The notes beneath the pieces are model-generated. The model was not told the origin of the DNA. It ran no database searches and saw only the letters and a program-made list of their open reading frames with translations. The position numbers and the translations under genes are program-made. Below are positions 24,301-64,000 of a DNA stretch of 64,000 nucleotides, in pieces. Origin of the DNA: Strigamia acuminata (taxonomy: Eukaryota); the NCBI GenBank assembly GCA_949358305.1, contig OX442314.1:4774001-4838000 (forward strand), written 5' to 3'. The stretch's first letter is position 1, and each line of letters starts with the position of its first letter.

Positions 24301-25329
24301 CGAAACCGAAACCCCGGCCATTGTTCCCGTGGTAATTCGCTCGTGAATAGAGAAACCGAGGCGGGAGGGAGGGGTGGAGGGAAAAGACGGGATGAAAAAC
24401 GGAAAGTAAAAAAATAGAAAATCATTTCCTTATTAACTCGCTATGAAAACTTTATGATTCCTCATTGGAATTGCAAACGCACAGCTCGTGTTAGCGAGGA
24501 GAAACGCAACTGGGTTAAGTCGAGGGATAATAAATTAGAAATTATTAGATTTGGTTTGCGCCAAGCCACTCGCAACGGCCATAAATCGCGCGCCAATTTG
24601 ATAAAGCTGTCACCAGGCTACGCCACACTGAACTCATCGCGCATGCGTGAATACGCTTTTACGTTTATTAATCGTTTGTTCGATTCAATTAAAAGATTTT
24701 ATTCGTTCTGCCAACGGATTAAGAGGAAATGCTAAGCGGAAATTGTTATTTATTTCGTAAATGAATCAAATATTAAAAATAAAATCTGTTTGCGCGGCTG
24801 CGCGGTTGCGTGCGCAATCGTTAAAAATCTAAAGATGGCCGCGCAAAACGAATCGCATCGCACCAAAAATACCGTAAAGTTCGGTTAAATACGAGTAAAT
24901 ATCGACAAAAACACACGTAATAAACACTGAAATTTTATTTTATTTGGTTTTAAGGTTTCGTCGAACAACAGCACTGGTCTCGCATTACGAAGTCCGAAAT
25001 CCGATGAATTCGAGCCAAATAAGGTATAGAAGAACGAAAAAACCGTTACGATGGAATTTTATTTTTAAAAATGGGATATTAATTACGGAAATAATTTTTA
25101 AAAAATTAAAAAAAAATTTCATCGTTCCAAAACAATTCCCACATGTCGTGTATTTTCTAAAAGCAATTTCTGGCAATCCGCTCAAACCAAAACCAAAAAC
25201 ATCCTTAACTTTCGATTGTATAAATGCATCAGTAGCCCAAATTGAAAAGAAATGCAGAAATTGGAAATAAATTCAGAAATGTATGCAGGAATGAAGAAAT
25301 TGGAAATACTGTATATCTAGAAATTCAGA

Positions 25330-25930
25330 GGTTGAAAAAAATCAAAAAAAAATCCAAATTTTTAATTTTAGACTGGAAAAAATCCAAATCTTCAATTTTA
25401 GACTAAAAAAATCAAAATTTTCTATTTTATACTGAAAGAAAAATCCAAAATTTGAATTTTAGACCAAAGAAAATCTCAATTTTCAATTTTACGCCAAAAA
25501 AATCCAAATTTTGAATCTTATTCTGAAAAAAATCCAAATTTTGAATTTCACACTGAATAAATTAAAATTTTGAATTTTAGACTGAAAAAAAATTCAAATC
25601 TTCAATTTTAGACTGAAAAAAATTCAAAATTTTAATTTTAGACTGAAAAAACTTCAAATTTTTAATTTTAGACCCAAAAAAATCCACATTTTCAATTTTG
25701 GACTGAAAGAAACATCCAAATTTTGTATTTCAGACCGAAAAAAAATCAAAATTTTGAATTTTAGACAGAAAAATGTCCAAAATGTTAATTTTAGACTGAA
25801 AAAGTTTTTTAAATTTTGATTTTAGACCCATAAAACCTAAATTTTCAATTTTAGACTGAAAAAAAGCCCAAATTTTCAATTTTAGACTGAAAAAAAAGCC
25901 CAAATTTTCAATTTTAGACCGAAAATTTCA
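25330..25930. repeat. Tandem array, about 31-bp unit (aaaaaatccaaattttcaattttagactga)
   Basis: About 18 degenerate copies downstream of the Vsx 3' end. Confidence 0.85.
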
Positions 25931-26248
25931 TTTAGAAAAATACCAATTTTGAATAAAAAAAAAAAAACCCTCAACTGCACACCCCCACCACACCCACATC
26001 CAACCCCATTGTTTGTGTCAAACCCCCCAAAACAAACTCCAACACAAATCCACCAATTTAACACTACACAACTCAGAATTTCACTTTTATTTATTAAATA
26101 TTTAATCATCTCTCACACACCTCCATTAAAACAAAAAAAAAATATTTACAAAACAATAAAAAAAAAAAAAAAAAATTCAATTTCACACACAAAACAAACA
26201 ATGCGACACGTGTTATATACAAAAAAATGAAAAACCCGACGAGCGAGG

Positions 26249-59394
<33,146 letters not shown>

Positions 59395-59677
59395 TGTGTA
59401 AGCGGGCGAATTTACACCGCCCATTAGGAGGAGCCCCATCGCCCAATAACGAAAGGCCGACAGCCAATGATTGACGTACATGTGACTGCAGCGAATGGCT
59501 GGGGCGAGTCGGGGGCGCATGCGCGCGGGGTTTCCGGTTGGAGTCGAGGGTTGTGTGGACTCGTTCGTGAGGTTTGCTCTTGAGATTTTGAGGGGATTTG
59601 GGACGGGGGAGCGGCGGGAGAGGAGGCGTGGGTGGCGGCGTGGGTGGTTGGGGGTTCCGGCGGAGGGGTTGCGGACA

Positions 59678-59711
<34 letters not shown>

Positions 59712-60639
59712 GTTTTTTTTTGGGGTTTTTTTTTGGGGGTTGGGAATGGTTTTTGTTTTGGTCGATGTTTTGGTCATTTGTTGGTTGGGGGATTGTTGGT
59801 CAGCGGGATGTTTGGGTTGCTATGGCGATTGGATGCTGCGGATCAAATTTCCGACACTTAGCGCCGACTAGTGAGGGTTTTTTTAAGATATTTAAATTTG
59901 GAAATAAGTGTTTTTGTTGTAATTTTTTTTAAATTAAATTTTAGACTGGACTGGAAAAATGTTGGAAGAAATTTTAATTCGTCTGAAAAAAGTGTTGAAA
60001 ACTATTATAGACCGGTCTAAAAAAAATCTACAATATTTTTTTTTTCTTTCGCTTTTGTTTTCTAGAAATTTTTTTTTTCTTTTTGGATTTCTTTAATTTA
60101 AAGGTCTGAAATTTTAGACTTCTGAGGATTTTTTTTTCGTAATTTTTATTTTATGCAAAAAAAAATAGAAAATTAAATTTTTTTTTTTTTTTTAAAAGAA
60201 AACCTAAAATTTTTTTTTTTTTAGACCCTGTCTAAATAACTTAGCAAAAATTTTAGACTGGTCTGAAAAGAATTGCAAATTTTTTTCATTTTTCACATTT
60301 CCTCAATTTTATATTTTACCAAAAAAATAAATAAATAAATAAAAATAAAATTTTCGATCTAAAAATTTTAGACCTGTCTAAAAAAAAATAACAACACCCA
60401 AACCAAAGAAAAATTTCTAATTTCCTTTTCCACAAAAAAAATATCAAAATACATTTTCCAAAAATCAAAACTTTGGGTCTAAAATTTTTAGACCTGTCTA
60501 AAAAAAAACAACAACACCCAAACCAAAAAAAAATTCCAAATTTCCTTTCCACAAAAAAAAAAACATCAAAAAAAATTTCCAAAAACCAAAATTTTGGGTC
60601 TAAAAATTCTAGACCGCCTAAAAAAACCCAAAAAATCCC

Positions 60640-61320
60640 ATCGACTCCAAGATGGCTTCCTCGGAGATGAGATAGGCACGTGTCTAGTGTCACAACCAAT
60701 CAGTATATTGCGCGTGTGTCTCACCAGGCGGCACCCGCCCCTCTAACAAAAGCAATCAGCGCCCTCCTCCGGTGACGGGTCTCGTCTGGAGCGCGACTTT
60801 AATCCGAACCCTGCGCGCACTAATCATTCAAGCGGCGCGACCCCGCTACAGCGAATCGCAACGAAATTAACCTGCGCAACTGTCTCTGTCGGGTGAATGA
60901 CATCTCGGCTCGTTTGTGCCTATTTCGTTATTAAGGCGCGAATTTCGGGACAAGTTGAAATCGCGGGGCGGCGAGAGTGCGCCGAGACGTCCGTCAGTCG
61001 CGTGACGTGCTGTCAGCCGCAGGTTATTTCCTCGCGCGCCGTTTCGTGAGTAGAGACGCTTTTATATCAATAATAAGACAGGGGAAAAAAGAGGAAAAAA
61101 AAGGGAGAGTCAGCGTCTAATTGCAACTGTGTCTGTCTCTGTCTCTGTCTCTGGCGCGTCGCTCGCTCTTTCTCTTTCGGCTCTGCGCGCTACGTGTTTC
61201 CGTCAGACGTCAAGGCGAGGAAGGCGAGTGCGTGCGTGGTTGTCTTTGGTCGCGCTGCGCTACTCTGCTGTTTGCTTCGTCATTTTCTGTTTGTTTGTGT
61301 TCACTTTGCTCGGCTCGAAA
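60640..61320 (-). promoter_or_regulatory. Candidate Vsx upstream promoter/regulatory island
   Basis: CpG-rich island upstream of exon 1 with TATAAAAG on the minus strand (61059-61066), GA-rich (GAGACA)n near 61130-61152 and a possible donor G|GTGAGA near 60724. Confidence 0.4.
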
Positions 61321-61654
61321 CACTTTGACTTTGAGTTTTTGGATTTTGGTTTTTTTTTTCTTTTTTGGTTTTTTGGTTTTTTTGGATTTTGGTTTTATTT
61401 TATTTTTTTGGTTTTTTGGTTTTTTGGGATTTTGTTTTTATTTTTTTTTTTGGTTTTTTGGTTTTTTGGGATTTTGGTTTTTTTTTTGGATTTTTTGGAT
61501 TTTGGTTTTTTGGATTTTAGTTTTTTTTTTTTTTTGGATATTTTGGATTTTGGTTTTTTTTACTCGGATTTTTTTGATTTTGGTTTTATTTTTAGATGGG
61601 TCTAAAATTAGTAAAATGTTGGGGGGATTGGTTGTTTTTTTTTATTTTTGTTGG

Positions 61655-62215
61655 ATTTTTGGTCTAAAATGTTTGGAAAACTTTTTTCCAAACATTTTAA
61701 ACTTAAAATCTGAAAGAAAAAACGTTTTTTCTTCACATTTTAGGTCTAAAATGTGTCTAAAAACGTTTTTTCTTTCGGATTTTAAGTTTAAAATGTTTGG
61801 AAAACGTTTTTCTTCATATTTTAGATCTAAAACGTTGGGGAAAACGTTCTTCTTCACATTTTAGGTCTAAAATGTGTCCAAAAACGTTTTTTCTTCACAT
61901 TTTAGGTCTAAAATGTGTCTAAAAACGTTTTTTCTTTCGGATTTTAAGTTTAAAATGTTTGGAAAACGTTTTTCTTCATATTTTAGATCTAAAACGTTGG
62001 GGAAAACGTTCTTCTTCACATTTTAGGTCTAAAATGTGTCCAAAAACGTTTTTTCTTTCTGATTTTAAGTATAAAATGTGTCTAAAAACATTTTTTTTTC
62101 AAATTTTAAGTCTAAAATATTTAGAAAACGTTTTTCTTCATATTTTTCACATTTTAGGTCTAAAATATATCTAAAAACGTTTTTTCTTTCAGATTTTAAC
62201 TCTAAAATGTTTTCT
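61655..62215. repeat. Degenerate tandem array (tctaaaatgt...aaaacgtttttcttcacattttagg)
   Basis: Directly visible upstream of Vsx. Confidence 0.85.
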
Positions 62216-63383
62216 TCTTTTGCTACTAGGTTTAAATTGAGGAATAAATGTCAAACTAAAAATAATTTTACAAATTTTAGGCTTAAAAAAATTTCCCACT
62301 TATAATTTCAGGCTTGAAGTCTAAAATTTTATCTAAACAAGTAAACTTTCTGTTTTTTTTCCGCATTTTCAATCTCCATTCACAAAACACCATCAAACAG
62401 AAACCACAATATTTTTATTACTATTTCTCCCACCAGACCCAAAATGGCCGCCACAAAAACACAAAAAAATCACACAAAACAAACTCCAAATTACCCTTGA
62501 AACCCCCAAAAATCCCACCAAAAAACGACCAAAATAAAAAAAAACACAAACACATTTTCAATTAAAACAATTTTTTAATTTTTTTAAATTTAAAAAAAAT
62601 TGCATCGATTCGAAAAAATGGCCGCAGCCCATAAATCCGTTAATGAAATTTTCAGCGTGCACAGCCAGTCAGTTGAGTCGGTATTTAAATTCTGCACCGT
62701 CGTTGCTGGCGATGCAATCTGCATTGATTTACACGCATTTCAATTGGGAGGCATTTGTTTATTTGAGCGTCGGTTTAATTCGCTCGATTTGATTAGAAGA
62801 GGGCGCTGACAAATGAATTCGAACGAGTAATGGCGGATTTATTAAAACTCGCATCTCGGGAGACGACGAGTTATGGAAACATAAATCCCCATCCACGCAC
62901 CCACACACACTCGACGAACCCTCATAACGAACCAACGTTCCATTCACGTCTCCACAGATGTCGCTCAACTCGCATCAACTTCCTAATTGAACGAAACGAC
63001 CAAGATCCCGCCCGGGTGTCAACAAAACGCGTTTTGCAACCTTTAAAACTCGTTTTACATTGTACCACTCACGCAAAAAAATTATTTTATGTTGTTATAT
63101 ATATTTTTTTTATTTGTCACATTTGTAATAATGAGGTAGAGTTGGATTAATTATCAACATTTCGCTGCTTATGTGAGCATGAAAACGCGCGTGCGCCGTG
63201 TGGTCGAGGCAGCTGGTGGAAAAGGCGAATAAATCATGGTAATTTTAATATGTTTGAAATGCTCTGCGGATTGACGAGATGTGCGAAATTATTCTTTCAA
63301 ACATGAAAGAACATCAACATTTTAAACTATAGAACCATAAAAAATGTTTTAAAAAATATGAAAAAATGACATTTGTCCGTCGT

Positions 63384-63476
63384 CCTAACCTAACCTAAAC
63401 CTAACCTAACCTAACCTAACCTAACCTAACTTTAACTTAACCTAACCTAACCTAACCTAACCTAACTTAACCTAAC
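63384..63476 (-). repeat. Interstitial telomere-like (CCTAA)n array, i.e. TTAGG on the minus strand
   Basis: About 18 units of CCTAA with a few variants. Confidence 0.9.
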
Positions 63477-64000
63477 CGACCGGTCGAAAAACTGTTTTAA
63501 GATCTTTGTATGTAGACCTCGGATATTTATGTAAAATAAAATTCGTTTTATGCACATAAAATATGCACTAAAAAGTCTATTTTATGCAGAATAGAAATAA
63601 AAATATGCGGAATAAAAAAATTTATTCGAGTGAAATCGGGTGTTAAATAACAACTTGATGCCATTTCAAAGTGTTCGTGATGTAAATGAATTATAATTAG
63701 TCATTACCAGTACGATTAATTTTTTTCTATTTTTTTTATTTTTTTATTTCTTAAAAATTTTTCCAGACACTAATTTAGGGACTTCCCCTGGTGTCTGTTT
63801 TTGGCGAAGTCCTCAGTTTTCCGATGGAGTCAGAACACTCCGATAACGGTTTCATTAAAATACAATTCTATAATCTTGTGATTTTGTATTAATCACGAAA
63901 CCAATCATTTTTGATGCCTTCGAATTCAATAAAGGGATTTTGCATTTGTTTGCAATGCATGCAGGGAGTGTCGTCTAGCGCGACACTATCTACCGCGACA

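Noticed and set aside
61121..61864. 247-aa Phe/Trp/Gly-rich membrane-like ORF
   Set aside because: Arises from G/T-rich low-complexity DNA and an adjacent array.
63960..64000. Hairpin agtgtcg...cgacact as a Helitron-like end
   Set aside because: Cut off by the window edge; not enough context.

Overview
Eukaryotic, intron-rich animal genomic DNA; interstitial TTAGG arrays and the gene sequences suggest an arthropod-like invertebrate. Five protein-coding genes can be reconstructed from GT-AG splicing: (1) a DEG/ENaC (pickpocket/ASIC-like) channel gene on + (window edge to 3779) in which one subunit is fused in frame, inside a single exon, to a second complete subunit; (2) DTL/Cdt2 (+, 6531-9820); (3) CCT4/TCP-1 delta (+, 11035-15184); (4) presenilin (+, about 16816-21354); (5) a Vsx/Chx10-type homeobox gene (-, about 59394-26249, 5 coding exons, introns up to 19 kb). 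Non-coding DNA alternates between GC/CpG-rich islands and AT-rich tandem arrays whose units are mostly about 20, 30 or 40 bp. Best candidates for something new: the natural concatemeric DEG/ENaC; a repeating compositional polarity around the arrays (G/T-rich on the left, A/C-rich on the right, regardless of gene strand); a run of seven back-to-back hairpins followed by an Arg-rich ORF; and CCT4 bracketed by 450-bp inverted repeats. All assignments are by eye from remembered family motifs; no searches were run.
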